Source of the DNA: Octopus sinensis | Lineage: Eukaryota | Direction: 5' to 3' | Length of the DNA stretch: 64,000 nt | Assembly: GCF_006345805.1 (NCBI RefSeq) | Contig: NC_042999.1 | Span: forward strand, 10,974,001-11,038,000 | Part shown: positions 37,701-51,300 of the stretch, one piece after another | Layout: the number at the start of each line of letters is the position of its first letter | Position numbering within the stretch: the first letter of the stretch is position 1 | Program-made: the position numbers and the translations under genes | The notes under the pieces: generated by a model | The model's input: only the letters and a program-made list of their open reading frames with translations | Databases searched by the model: none | Told to the model about the DNA's origin: nothing

Positions 37701-40658
37701 AACCAGCATTGGATATTTTCATCATCTCTTCTCACTTTTCATATCCTTTTCCAGGCAATGGCAGTCACTCTGTTGGGTTCCCTTGAATAGATCCTTTCTC
37801 TCCCATGCATTCTCCACATTTATTCATCAGCCAAAGTAAGATTCCATCCATCTTTTTAGAAAGTGATGGCAAGCACACTGCTATCATTCCATACACACTT
37901 TTCCCTAATAACTCATTACTTTCACTGATACACTACCTTGCAGTTGAGACACATACCACACGTGGACATCATTCTGAAAACAGTAAAATTAATTTACATA
38001 TTTTTTGATCTATTAAAATATAAAACAAAAACTAAATCTCCATGTAATTTAAAATAACATTGGGAAATAGATAGTTCTAAGGACTAGTTGATAACCTAGA
38101 AAGAAGATTACAGTTATTTATGTTGTATCTGAATAAATAAAATACAGTAATTACAATTCACTGAAGAATACTAATTGTTATCTTGAATATTGAAAGGACT
38201 TGACCACATTTCTATAACCTTAAAAACCACCAGGCTAACCTCCATTTCCAGTGATGGCATTTAACTCAGAAAACTCCACCTACCCTTTTAACTTAGAAAT
38301 GAATATGTCAGGCTATCAACTGATTAATGTGGAGATAATTAGCTATCAACTGATTAATCAGAAAACAAAGCTTCTTCTCAATACAGATGTTCAATATGAT
38401 GATTGGCCTTAACTAAAGACTTGAAAACACAATTTTCAGTAGATGAAGAGTGGTGCTATTCAGAACTGACAAAGTGAAACTTAACTTCAATATCAATATC
38501 TACCTATTTATTTAGTAATCTACGAAATGAACACAGAATCAAGAACATCAACATGAAATACAATAGAGCTACTCTGACATTGAAGTGTCTCAGCTATATT
38601 TACCACAGATAATATAGAAATTAAACAGTATCAACTGACAAAAGCTAGCCATTTGATATTTTGTGATTCATAACAGGATTAACTAAAAATATTCTTGTGT
38701 AGTCATCTTTGCTGGATTGTACTTTTTATATGCAAATATTTCACCAACTTATTTGCACTGAGTTTGCCCATCATGTACATGTTGCATATCCAATTAATGC
38801 TTACTCTGACTTCCCAGCCTAATAATTGCTCCATGCACGATATACTTTTCACACACACACACACACAGTAAATCTGCTTTTTCACCAAGGGGGTGGGTCC
38901 CATTGCTTAAACTTCTAGTCACTTTGAATCATACATTGAGATGTTATCAGATATTCCATTTCAGAATTAATAATGTCACCTAGGTAACAGGACTTATGTT
39001 CTACATCCAGTGAATCTCTTCTTCTATTTCTCTTGATGAATGAAAAGTAGAAAGACACCCTATAATTCTAAAAAGACACCAGAGAGGCATGAGGAAGGGG
39101 AGCTAAGAAAGCGAGAGAGAGTGAACAAGCATCCAGCTATAAAACTCAATACAATGCACAGTAAGGATAAATTCCCATAGCAACATAAATACTGACAAGA
39201 AATAAAATACAAATAAAAACCCAAGTTATGTTTTTCTTGTCTTTTCTTTTAACAAAGTCCCATCTTTTCAAAGAAAAATTGTCATTCAAATTTTGTGAAA
39301 GAAATCATCTATTATATCGCAAAATGATTGAAAATGGCATAAATGATCCCTAAAAAAATTCAAAAAGGAATGCAAATTGTTTTCTGGAGAAACAAAAAAT
39401 GACAAAAGAAAGAATTTGAAGAGACTGAAATAGTGAAAAATGAAACAAAGAAATTTCTGAAAATATTAGAATAAAAAGAAGAGTAAGAAAAAAAAAATTG
39501 AATTCAAGAGAAACAATATGGGATTAAAAAATACCCAGGAATATAAAGAATACACCCATTTTTTTTTATACTATCACAAAATAATATCATTATCTCAATC
39601 AACTATATAGCTATAATTAGTGTAATTTTGTGGGACAAAACATTTTTAAGCAAATCCTTTACAATACTCCCAAACTTCCAGAAAAAAAATTGTCATAATT
39701 AGAATGCATAACCAGTAAATAATCTAGGATTCTTTTTAATTCAGATCACTTTAACCTTTTTGTTACTATATTTCTGTTGAAACACATTGCGTTTGTTCTG
39801 ATTAATTTTGAAAATAATGAAGAATTTAGTAAAATAACTGTCATCATTAAAGTGGTATTTGGAACAAAGTAACATGAAATTTTGATGGAAACAGAAAGTT
39901 TGTGTCATAGAACGAAAAGTGACCTAAGACAGAATGGCAAGAAGAGAGTTAAATCAAAGATTTTTTTTTCAGTACTTTTTAATAAATTTAAAACTTTGCT
40001 GGAATATTATATTATAGAAAATGGGACTCATAAATTGTTTCCAAATTTGTGAAGAAAAGTTGCATGAAATTTTACCAAAAAAGAAAGATATATATATATT
40101 CAGTTTGAAGCATTATTTCTAATCACATAGATGACCAAAAGACAAAAGGTAATAATATCTTTAATAAAACGGGTAAGGGTTAACAACAAGAAAGGTATCC
40201 AGCTGTAATTCCTCTAACCTGTGCTAGCATGGAAAAAGACAGAACAAAGACAGAACAAAAAAAAAACAAGTCTTACATTTGAACTAAACATTCAATCAGT
40301 TGTTTGTGTTTCAGATCTGACCAGCACAACTCAAGACAAAACAATAGATTCAACAACTACAACTGACTGGAAAATGGCAGAGACACTTATTCCTAGATTA
40401 TCAAAATAAAGCACTCAGCATAATTCGTTTTGAATAAAGATATAATAATGGTTGTAAGTCAGTAAGTGCTACATTCAGGCTGATTTTCTATGGCAAGATG
40501 CTATTTTTGTGGCCAACCTGTACCTATCTTCAAGCAAGGAAATATTTTCCTTAGTCCTTTGAACACAAAGAGCAAAATGGTCCGACATGTCTTCATGGGA
40601 AATGAACAGCACTGCCTATAAGACAGTAATGCTTATTCACAACCAGCACATGAAAGTG

Positions 40659-40698
<40 letters not shown>

Positions 40699-42889
40699 GC
40701 TGTTCAGGTTAAATTTGACAGTTTGCATAAAAGGAAATAATATCCCATCCAAAAATAAAACTATTTTAAAAACTCAATATTCCAGCATTTCTACCTCTAA
40801 TCACCTTTCACTGTCTCACACACTTCTTGTTCTCCTGTCCCCTCTCACTTCTACTCACTCTGAATCTTGAGGGTCCTCCACCCTGACAATCACCACTACA
40901 GTAATTCCTTGACTATTGCAAGTGTTACATTTCAAAACCTCCCAAAGAAATAATTAAAATATAAAAAAATATAAATATCTATCGACCACAGAAACCTGGA
41001 TATACTGAGGAGTCCGCAATATAAATTTACATATATTAGCCAGAAAAATCCACGATGTACTGAGTGAGCAATAGGTGAACCGCGATATGGTGAGGGATGA
41101 CTGCATTTCTTATCTCTTTCCACTTCCACCCAAGTCACTTGCATGAGTGTAGCTCATCTAGAATAGAAAACCTTTTGTGTTCAAGCCTATTGCTCTCACA
41201 CTTTAACCATTCTTACTATTGCAAAAAGTCTCCTCCCTCTCTATTGTAGTCACTCAATTGAAGGGACCTTAGTCTTGCAAGCTGCATGGCAACCTCACTA
41301 GTGCTGGTGCCATGAAAATAGCACCCAGTGCATTTAATAAAGTAGCTGGAATTAGGAAGGTGATCCAGCTATAGAAACCATGTCAAAACGGTTACTGGAG
41401 CATAATGCAGTCTTTAAAATTATAGGGTCCTCTCAGACCCTCTAACCCCTGCTAGCATGGAACATGGACATTAAATGATGATTTGTTGGGGATATATTTC
41501 AGTGCTGTTTTTATAAAGCATAAACTAGGTTTCGTGGTGTAAAATTATAATGAATTACCTAAGTGAGCAGATATAAACATTTCCAAAATAAAGACAGACT
41601 AAATTGATTAAACCTGTGGTTTGAGAAAACTTATGATGCAATTAGTTCTTTTCATAGATTACTAATAAATTCTAATACTCTCTAAAAGGTTCCACAAATA
41701 AAATAATGTAAACAGACAACAATATTATCATAAAAGAATGTGAAACTATTCACCAGAAGAATAACTGTATAAGATTACAGAGAACCTTAAGTCACTGAAG
41801 CAAAGCACACAGATGACATGGAAAATCATCTGATCCCTTTAGGATGCTCTTAGTAACAGCCATTATATATATATATATATATATATATATAACATACATA
41901 GATACACACACACACACATGTATATATATATCACCCAACAGATCAAAGAATTTGCCAGTGCTTTCTCAAATGATGTTGAAGAGGATAAAGAGTCATGCGC
42001 ATATGCAATCATAATAAAGTAATTGATTGCTAGCACTTGAAAAGGTTCAGCTGACTTCTTCTATCCTCTTCCATTCACAGGTTATTAACATCAAACCACT
42101 TACAGCTTGAAATAAATATTGATTATACTTAAACATCTAACACAAGAACCGAATGAAGGCAGAAACAGAACCACACACACACACTTTAGAAAACAAGGCA
42201 CATAAACTGTTGAATACTATCAGCTTTGGGTGAAAAAAAATCTATGTCTATATCTATCTATATATATATATAATGATCCAACTGAGAGCAGCTTTGCATT
42301 TCATTCTTCTGGGGTAAATAAAATAAATGGCAATGCTATATACTTCAGTAAATTCAGTTGACTAAACCTATAGTAGTTTACAAAAACTGGCCTTAATACC
42401 CAGCTCAAAGAATCCATTTGTACGCTCACATTTTTGTGTGGGTGTAGTGGGGTGTGTGTGAATCTAGAAGAGCTGAATGTAAATTATAAGGTAGAAGTTC
42501 AAACAAAATCTACAAACACAGCAATTTCATTATGAGCAGCAACATTGTTTTAAAGTTCAGTTTTTGATGCTTGCATGTTCTGAACAGAATTCATTGGGGT
42601 AGATTTTCTATGACCAGATGCCTATTTGCCAACCCATAGCTATTTCCAAGATAGGTAGCATTTCCCTTCAGTTTGACAGGCTTTTCACAGAAGCATATGA
42701 TGTTGAGACAGGAATACACAAATACACACACACACTTCTTTCAGTTTCTGCCTAAGAAATTCATTCACAAGACTTCAAGCTGGACCAAGCATATAATAGA
42801 AGATGCCTGCTCAAGGTGCTGTGCAGTGGGATTGAACTGAGAGCCACATGGTTGGGAGGCAATCTTCTTAATCACATAAAATTACAATA

Positions 42890-43704
42890 CAGTCAACTCT
42901 CGCTACAATGCCAGTTTTGCGCGGTCCCGGCCAAATAATAAACAAAAACTTTTTACTATGCCACCCTCAACTCTCACTACTGTGCCACTTGTAAACTGAA
43001 GCGCACGCAACTTTTCGAAATTTTGTACTCCTACATTTTGTACATTTCGTATTTGTAATCTTGTGGAAAAGTTCAGAAAGTTGCACACAATGTCAGCTCA
43101 GAAACGCAAGCGGACTGAGTTTACGCTGAAGGAAAAGAAGGAGATTATCGATGCTGCGAAAAACGTTATTGTCGGGCCCTTCGTATCATTAGTAATATCT
43201 GATACAAGTTACCGCCCCTTGTATTGTCCGACATGTTTCCCTCTAGAAGAAATAGCAAAGGAGGTAATGCATAACGAAGAGCCGGTGGAAAGTGAAGACG
43301 ACGAGGTAATTGTGGAAGAGGAATACGTTTCGTTTGCAGATGCCCAGAGAGCATGGAGCACTTTTCCGAAAGTTTATGCAGCAGCAGAGCAGCGGAAAAC
43401 CCAGCATCATGCAGGCGTGTGATAGGCTAGACAACGAAATGAATAAAATCCGCCGAAAGAAGATGCGTCAGCCGACAATCTTTGAGAGCTTCGGGATTAG
43501 CTAAAAGCAATCTGAACTTAATAAACTTGGATGTCTTCTTTTTACCATTGCATTGAACTTCTTATTGGCCTTACTTCCTACCCTATGAATTTTTATTTGT
43601 ATGTTCGGTAAATTTTTGGTTATGTAGTGTTTAGATGACAGACCCTCGGTACTATGCCACTTTGGCTCAGTCCCGCAGGGTGGCATAGTAGCGAGAGTTG
43701 ACTG
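42890..43704 (+). mobile_element. Tigger/pogo-like element, internally deleted (815 bp)
   Basis: TA TSD and 24-bp TIRs cagtcaactctcgctac(a/t)atgcca (23/24). N-terminus MSAQKRKRTEFTLKEKKEIIDAAK (CENP-B/psq-type HTH) from 43090. Acidic C-terminus EEIAKEV..ESEDDE..FADAQRAW and ..MRQPTIFESF. The DDE core is absent. Confidence 0.92.
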
Positions 43705-45462
43705 TACCAGTTAAAATCTTGCTCCTTCTATAGATGTTGAAAAACTATTGTTATATTGAATTTTTTTATTGCAACATTTATATAAAATTTCTACAACAAA
43801 TTACATCAACTCTATGGTTACGGCTCTTTGAATTTAAAACTTCTCTTTGTGTGATGTAAAAACTGGAAAGTAATGCAAAACTGTCACTGCCAAGTGAAAC
43901 GTACCATTTTCAAAGTACATAAACACAAACAGGTTTCATAATGAGCATTAGAATTATCATTGATCGCATCTCTGTTTAAATCAGTAACAGCTTTCTAACA
44001 TAACACACCAAATTTGTTATTATTTGAGTAAACACAGCTTTTAAATCAATTGTGCATCAAAATCTGTAATCATATATTTAATGGTGTTTATCTTAATGAA
44101 ACAGCTGTTGAACCAAAAATAAGAACTGTAGGTAAAATTTTATGTTTTTCTGCTTTTATATTAAAAATTTTGCAGAAACAGAGATATTAATATGTATTAT
44201 AATTTTTCTTTATATTTTCTAAATATACTTTCAATGATTTTTCTATACAGATAAAAAATTTAACAATGAATTATATCTCTCTTCTCATATTTTAGCTTTT
44301 TAATCTAAATTTAGAACAGTTAGATCCACCAAGTTAGAAAACTAAGTTTCAAAAATGCAGCGGAAGGTGCAGACTATTGCAGGCCTTCCTGAGGCTGATG
44401 AGATTGATGTCAATGTTCTGATTGGAAACTTGCAGGAAAGACATGGGGAGAGATAAGGTCCCTGAAGGCCTTCTGATTAGGGAGTGAAAGATTGGGCATG
44501 ATTACTGCAGGAAAAGTCAATGCATGAAAGGTAACAGTGGCAAGAAGCTTGCTACTCAACCACTGGGTTCTGGGTTCTCCCCCATTGCATGGCATCTTGG
44601 GTGTCTTCTACTATAGCCTCGAATTGACCAAAGCCTTGTGGGTGGATTTGATAGGCAGAAACTGAAAGAAGCCCATTGTATATATATATATGTGTGTGTG
44701 TGTGTGTCTGTATGTCTATATCTTGTGTGCTCTTAGTGCTTATTGCCCCAGTGCACCTACACCATATGGAGTTTTACTTTTTTTCTGTTAGCTTAATGGC
44801 AATAGCACTGCCTCTCTTGTACATCCATAGTTTGCACTGAGTTCACCAAATAGAATTTGCATCCCTTTTCCTGTATATCACACATAACCATTTCTCTGAA
44901 GGTGGCAAGGCTCAGTTTCCGCTTTTAGCTCTCTTGATTCTAAGTTCTGCTTCTATGCTTGGAATTTAAACCTTTCAATTAATTTTGAAAATAATGAAGA
45001 ATTTACTAAAATAATTTTTTCTATTATTAATCTGGTGTTTGGAACATAAATTAACATGAAATTTTGATGGAAGATTTTAAATATAGATCTCTTTAAAACA
45101 GGAAGCTTGTATCATAGAACCAGGGGCAGTTCTATGTAGGTTGCTATCAAAAGAGTTAAAGACAGAATTTGTTTTTTTTAATCAAAATGGCTTCCACAAG
45201 TTTCTTGTAATGTTTATGTGTAAGCATTTTTTTAAAATTAAAGTTTTATTAAAATGTGGTATTTAACTAATTCTGAATGAAACCATCCAATATCTGCAGT
45301 CTTATGTTTCCTTTAAGTCTTTTAGAATAATGAACCTACTCTAAAAGTATGGTATAAAACACAGTACAACCTATATTTAGCATACAGTAACAAACAAACC
45401 ATACAAATTGGTTTATGATGTCTGGTCCTCTACCTCTGTATTTAATCAATACATAAGTTTAA

Positions 45463-45939
45463 TCCCTTAGCATTCAGATTACCATGTCAAATGTAGTGCT
45501 TATTTATTCAAAGCACCATTCAAGTGTGGTTAATGCCAGTGCGGCCTGGTTGACTCCTGTGCCTGTGGCATGTAAAAAGCACCATTCAAGCGTGGACGAT
45601 GCCAGTACCACCTGACTAGCCTCCGTGCCGGTGGCACATAAAAAATCACTCGCTACACTCTCAGAGTGGTCTGCATTAGGAAGAGCATCCAGCTGTAGAA
45701 ACCTTGACAGATCAGATTGGAGCTTGGTGCAGCCGTCCAACCCATGCCAGCTTGGAAGGTGGACGTTAAATGATGATGATGATGATATGATTATCTCATA
45801 GCATTGAAATTTTGACGATGGGGTTGTATATTTTTTTAATGACATTGTAGAGTAGGTGTGAGAGGCCAGATCTAGCTGGTTTCAACATAAAACTGGTAGA
45901 ATATTTGGCTTGGATATGGCCAACTTAAATGCTAATGGG
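45463..45939. mobile_element. TTAA-flanked piggyBac-like MITE (family M2) with a nested SINE A at ~45511-45786
   Basis: TTAA at 45459-45462 and 45940-45943. Termini cccttagcatt / aatgctaatggg. Related partial copies at ~32730-32900 and ~48760-48963. Confidence 0.75.
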
Positions 45940-47508
45940 TTAAAACCTACTGCAGACATATGTTACAAGAATAATATAGTTATAGTGAATCACTGTCGTT
46001 ATTGTCACTGTTGCCATCATCACAAGTGTTTCATATTCACTTATTCATGCAGGCATACATTGGGTGAGTCTTCTGAGATAGTGTTTAATGACTTGATGCC
46101 AGCAGCATGCAAAAATATGGCAAACCTATTCGAAACCCAACTAAACATGGTAAAGTATATCAACAATACAATCTCTACAAATGGTAAAATACATCTACGG
46201 ACACTGCTGGAAACAATGTGTTTATAAAGATAGGATAGCATTTTCCTAAGGATTTTTTAAAGACAAGGATGCAACATTATCAAAAAATATCCCAAATTCT
46301 TTTAAAAACTTGGTGTTACTTGAGCATTATAATGCCTGAAAGTACTATTATTAATAGGCCACTTTTAAAGTTTAAAATGGTTTTAAAATATCAACTCCTT
46401 TCCTAACTGTGTTTCTACTGAAACACACTACCTTTGTTTCAATTACTTTTGAAAATAACGAAACATTTAGTAAAATACAATTTGGTGTTTCAAATATAAC
46501 ATGTAATTTTGAGGGAAGGTTTTAATCTTTTTGATACCAACATGCTTGAGATTGCTCGTGGTTCTATAATAAAATCTTCCAGTTTTAAAGTGAACTAAAT
46601 TAAAACTTGCATCAAAATTTCATGTTAATTTATATTCAAAATGCCAATTTAATTATGATTATTTTATTTTACTAAATTCCTCATTTCAAAATTAGTTGAA
46701 ACACAAACAGTGTATTTCAATGAAAATATAGTAGCAGAATGGCTAATTTAGATCACTTTAAAAGAGGGAATTTGTATCATAGCAATCTTTTGATATCTTT
46801 TGGTATCAAAAGGGTTAAAAGGAGTATGACCTAGATCCTGGCATAGACCCAATGGAAATACTGAAAATGAAGCAAAAAACAATCCCAATATTAGCTTTCA
46901 TATTTTATGCAACTTTCTCTCCATGGCAGTCATTCTAATTTTCTAAAATAGCAATGCTATTTTTTTGGTTAGGAGGGAGACTTTCACATAACCTGTCAGA
47001 TATATTCGCTTTTCCAAAATGTGAGAGCATGTGCATGTGTGTGTGTGAGAGAGAGAGAGAGAAAGAAAGTATACATGCTTGTGTGCGTAAGTGTATGTGT
47101 GAGAGAGAGAGAGAGCACGTGCCCATGTAAACATGTGTATATGTACTTGAGTTAGTCATCCACACAGTGATATGCATTCGCTTACTTTTGCTGCTTCCAT
47201 GTTCTTGACTTTATTGATCCATAAATATTATTTATACAATATTTATGTTAAGAGACTTAAGAGGTCAAGAGATGTCAACATCTGCACATTCTCTCTAATC
47301 ATCAGTTCCGCTTATTTTCATTTTCTCTTCACCTGCAGAGGTTACTAAAGAAGATACATCTTTAAAACAAACCTTTGCTCCGTTCACACACAATCAGCAA
47401 GTAAAATGTTGTAACAGTTATGCTTTCATAGCTATTTTATACCCCTATACTTCAATCATCTAACATGTTCATAGCTTGGTCTTGACACACATTACAATAC
47501 CAACTAAA

Positions 47509-47721
47509 CCCGTTTGTTACCAAATTTGTACTAAAATCCACTGCTTTTGTTTCAATTAATTTGAAAATAATGAAGAATTTAGTAAAATAATTTTGTTATT
47601 ATTAAGCTATTGTTTGGATTCATTAACATGAAATTTTAATGAAGTGTTTTAATTTAGATCATTTAAAACTAGTTTGTTATTACAGGACAAAGTGATCCCG
47701 TGCAGATTGGTATCAAAAGGG
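47509..47721. mobile_element. MITE family M1, complete copy
   Basis: Termini cccgtttgttacca / tggtatcaaaaggg followed by ttaa. Confidence 0.8.
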
Positions 47722-48072
47722 TTAAACCTGTTTAAAATAAATGTGATACTACTGATGATGAGTCTAAAAGAAATAATGAAAAGAAAACTGCAGTATTCTA
47801 TTTAAAATTTTGACTTTAATATTAACCTCTTTAATGAAAGAGAATTCCAAAAGAAATCCTGTTTAGAAAGGAGCTAAGGAAATTGTAATGAGCTAACACT
47901 TAAATAAGTTTTGACAGATAAACAGGCCCAGGCCACATCTAAACTTAGCAGCACCACCTGGAGTAGTCTTAACCCATTAACATTTGAACTAGCCATATCT
48001 GACTCAAATATTCTACCTCTTTTATGTTCAAACCAGCCAGTTCCAGCCTCTCACACCTACCCTACAACATCA

Positions 48073-48380
48073 TTCATCATCATCATCATCGTTTAACATC
48101 CGCTTTCCATGCTGGCATGGGTTGGACGGTTCAACTGGGGTCTGGGAAGCCAGAAGGCTGCACTAGACCCAGTCTGATCTGGCAGTGTTTCTACAGCTGG
48201 ATGCCCTTCCTAGCGCCAACCACTCCGTGAGTGTAGTGGGTGCTTTTTACGTGCCACCAGCACAGGTGGTGCCAGACGAGGCTGGCTACAGCCACGTTCG
48301 GATGGTTCTCTTACATGCCACCGGCACTGGTATCACAGCTACAAATTCCATTGATGTTGATAGATTACGATTTTGATTTT
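48073..48380 (-). mobile_element. SINE family A
   Basis: Family A core plus upstream modules ending at ttccattgatgttgat, as in the 9.2-9.6 kb copy. Confidence 0.88.
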
Positions 48381-51300
48381 AACAAAATTGACTTCAGTAC
48401 TTATATCCAGTTTTTTTTTATTGGTTGTTAGGTGGGGATGAGCAAGACCACCTTCCCATTGAGGAATGGGTAGAACAGAATTACAGGTGGATTTTCTACA
48501 GCCATCCTGCCTTTCACCAGCCTTCATTTATTTCCCCGAATTTTCACAAGAGATTGGAAATGGACACTGCCAGCATAACAGTGACATTTACAGGTATGAA
48601 ACACCATGACTAGTCTCTCCAGTCTCAAGGCTTTGAGTGGTCCAAGGCTATAATAGAAAAAAAATGACGGTCTGAACCCACACTGGTTGCAAATTTAGCT
48701 TAACACAGCAGCATTTGCATTTAAAACTTCATGCAATAGTTGCAAGTAAATCTTCATTTTCTGCATGATCAAAGATACCATTATTTAATTGATACGTCCT
48801 TATAGAATACAAGGTGAAAATCATTCTAAAAATAAACAATCACACCACTGAAATCTCAGAGCTATGAGATAGTGTATGATTTATCTCAAAGCTATGAGAT
48901 AATGTATAAACAATGTGAATAGATAACACATTTCACAGAGTAATCTGATTGCTAAAGAGTTAAGTCATGTTTTAGGATATCCATAACCCACTCAAATAGG
49001 GAGCTGTTTGCCAAGACGGATCCAATTGTCAGCAGTTGGTCTGCTTTTTCTAAAAGGAATTTGTATTGGTGCCATTTGAATGTTCTTTTGTCCCTTCAGT
49101 TTCTTTCAGAAAACTGTTAAGGCAGGAGCAGTTAAGGTTAAAAAAAGAAAAAGTGTGTCACAATGTGATGCAAGCTCAATTTTGGTAACGGGTGTATAGC
49201 TCAAGAGCTAAGCCTTGGGTGGCTTGTGAACTGACATTGTTGAAACGGTGTCAATGGAATATTTCCTACATTGTACAAATGATGAAGCACTAATGACAGC
49301 ATTGGAGACAATGAAGTTTGAACATTTTGAAGTAATCCCTATAGTCAACAATTGTCATGCCATTATTTTTTTTGTTTGCGATCAATCTCTGGGGTATTTT
49401 ATTAAGAATGCAGATTTGTTCTCAAAAGATTAACATACTTCAGTTTTATATCTCAGTAAACTTAAGAGATTTAAGAATGTAAGTGAGAAAATACTTTAGC
49501 AATACTAAGCTCTGTATAGTTCCATCAACATTAAAAAGGAAAATTTCTTATACACTTTTACAGGATCTTTTTAACATGATATCTTTAGTAAGTTAGATTA
49601 TTACATATCATTCACAAATATTAAAACACAATAAAATCTCTGTAAAAGAGGATCAAGTGTCTGAAACTTATTTAATCATTTAATCCTTAAGTTCTAATGA
49701 ACCTATCTTCCTATAGAGACCTTAGATGTCTGAAATTTATTTAATCTTTTAATCTCCACATCCAAATAATCATATATATTTCATCAATGTTTAGTAAATA
49801 ACTTGTTATTGTTAAATAGCTATTTCTCTTTTTTGCTTTGTTGTTTTCTTTTAAGCATGTATAACATAAATATTTAAATATTTTATCATTTATATAAATA
49901 AAAACATAACCAAATATTTGCAGACTTTCCATGTCAACACCCATTTACTTTTAGCATGAAATTATGAATTGAAGAGACAATATTGTTCACAAGAATTAAT
50001 TGTAGATAACAGTAAAGTCCAAGACTAAACATTTTAGAGTATTTAGTCAGATATCTTTGCAGTCAAATGGTGGAATGATGAAACATTTCTTTATACTGCT
50101 CTTAGATTAAAACCAAAAATAACAATTATTTATCCGTCAGTTTAATACTATATCATCTTACTATTCTGCTATTCTCCTCGCAACCCATCATTTTTTCTGC
50201 ACTGTCAGCCATCTCCTACTCCTCCTCCATCCCCCCAATTCATTAATCGATTCCCACCCCTTATCCATGCTACAATCCCACCCAATCTTTACTGTTATTA
50301 CTCATCTCCCCCTCACATTCTTGCAACCTTCACCAACCCACACTCCTGATTCTTCTGACCTCACCTCACACCTTGATGGTCCTCCCAAACTCCTCAACCA
50401 CCATTTCTATTGCTTTCTGGCTTCACTTGATTACTCCCACCCTCTTCTAAAATCAGTAGTCATGTAGTTCCTCCACAGCAAGAAACCTGTTCTGCTCAGG
50501 CTCCTTCTCTCATACATTTAACCCCTCATCTAATGTAAAGCTGTGCTCTTAAGGCAAGCTGCAAGGAAATCTCGCAAGTGCTAGTAGCACAATAAAATCA
50601 CAAAGTGGTTGGTGTTAGGAAGAGTATCCAATCACAATAAACTATACCGAAGCAGATACTGGAGCACAGTGCAGTCTTTGGACCTATCAGTGGTAAAAGT
50701 AAACTTCTAAGGTTATCCAGCATATGACAGATAACACTAATAAACACATTATCAATATTAATAATGTTTGCTTCAATTTGCCATAAGGCCATTGTTTATC
50801 TCAAGTGACAAGGAGAGGAATCTCAATAAAGACTTAATTGCTATGTTATCAGGCTCCATAGAAGCTTTTTCATTAACTTGTATTAGTGATAACTTAAATA
50901 GCTTTAAATATTTTTTCCTTTTTCTTTTTTAATCTAAAAGTTTCACTTGATATTGGAGGCTTATGGACTTTTACTTTCTGCTCAATAAAAAGTTTTTTTT
51001 AAAGTTGCATTCCATAATTTCAGTCATTTCTGGGTGATCAGAGAAGACAATCATCATTTCAAGATTCAATTTCCATGCTTGCTTGGGTCAGATAGAATTT
51101 GTTGAGAGATTTTTTTATGGTCAGATGCCCTTTGTGTCATCATCCCTCACCTGTTTCCAAACAAGGAAATATTTCTCCAAGAACAGACATGATTTTCATA
51201 TGACACAGGAAACAAACATCATTTGTTGGTGATGCTCATTTACAACTATCACATGATGTCAAAGGTACATGCATACATATACAATGGGCTTTTTTCAGCT

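Noticed and set aside
38311-38358. 17-bp direct repeat gctatcaactgattaat at a 31-bp period
   Set aside because: A simple local tandem duplication with no further structure.
44355-44456. Short plus-strand ORF MQRKVQTIAGLPEADEIDVNVLIGNL.. resembling a LINE APE endonuclease piece
   Set aside because: One weak motif only, and the flanks give no further LINE homology.
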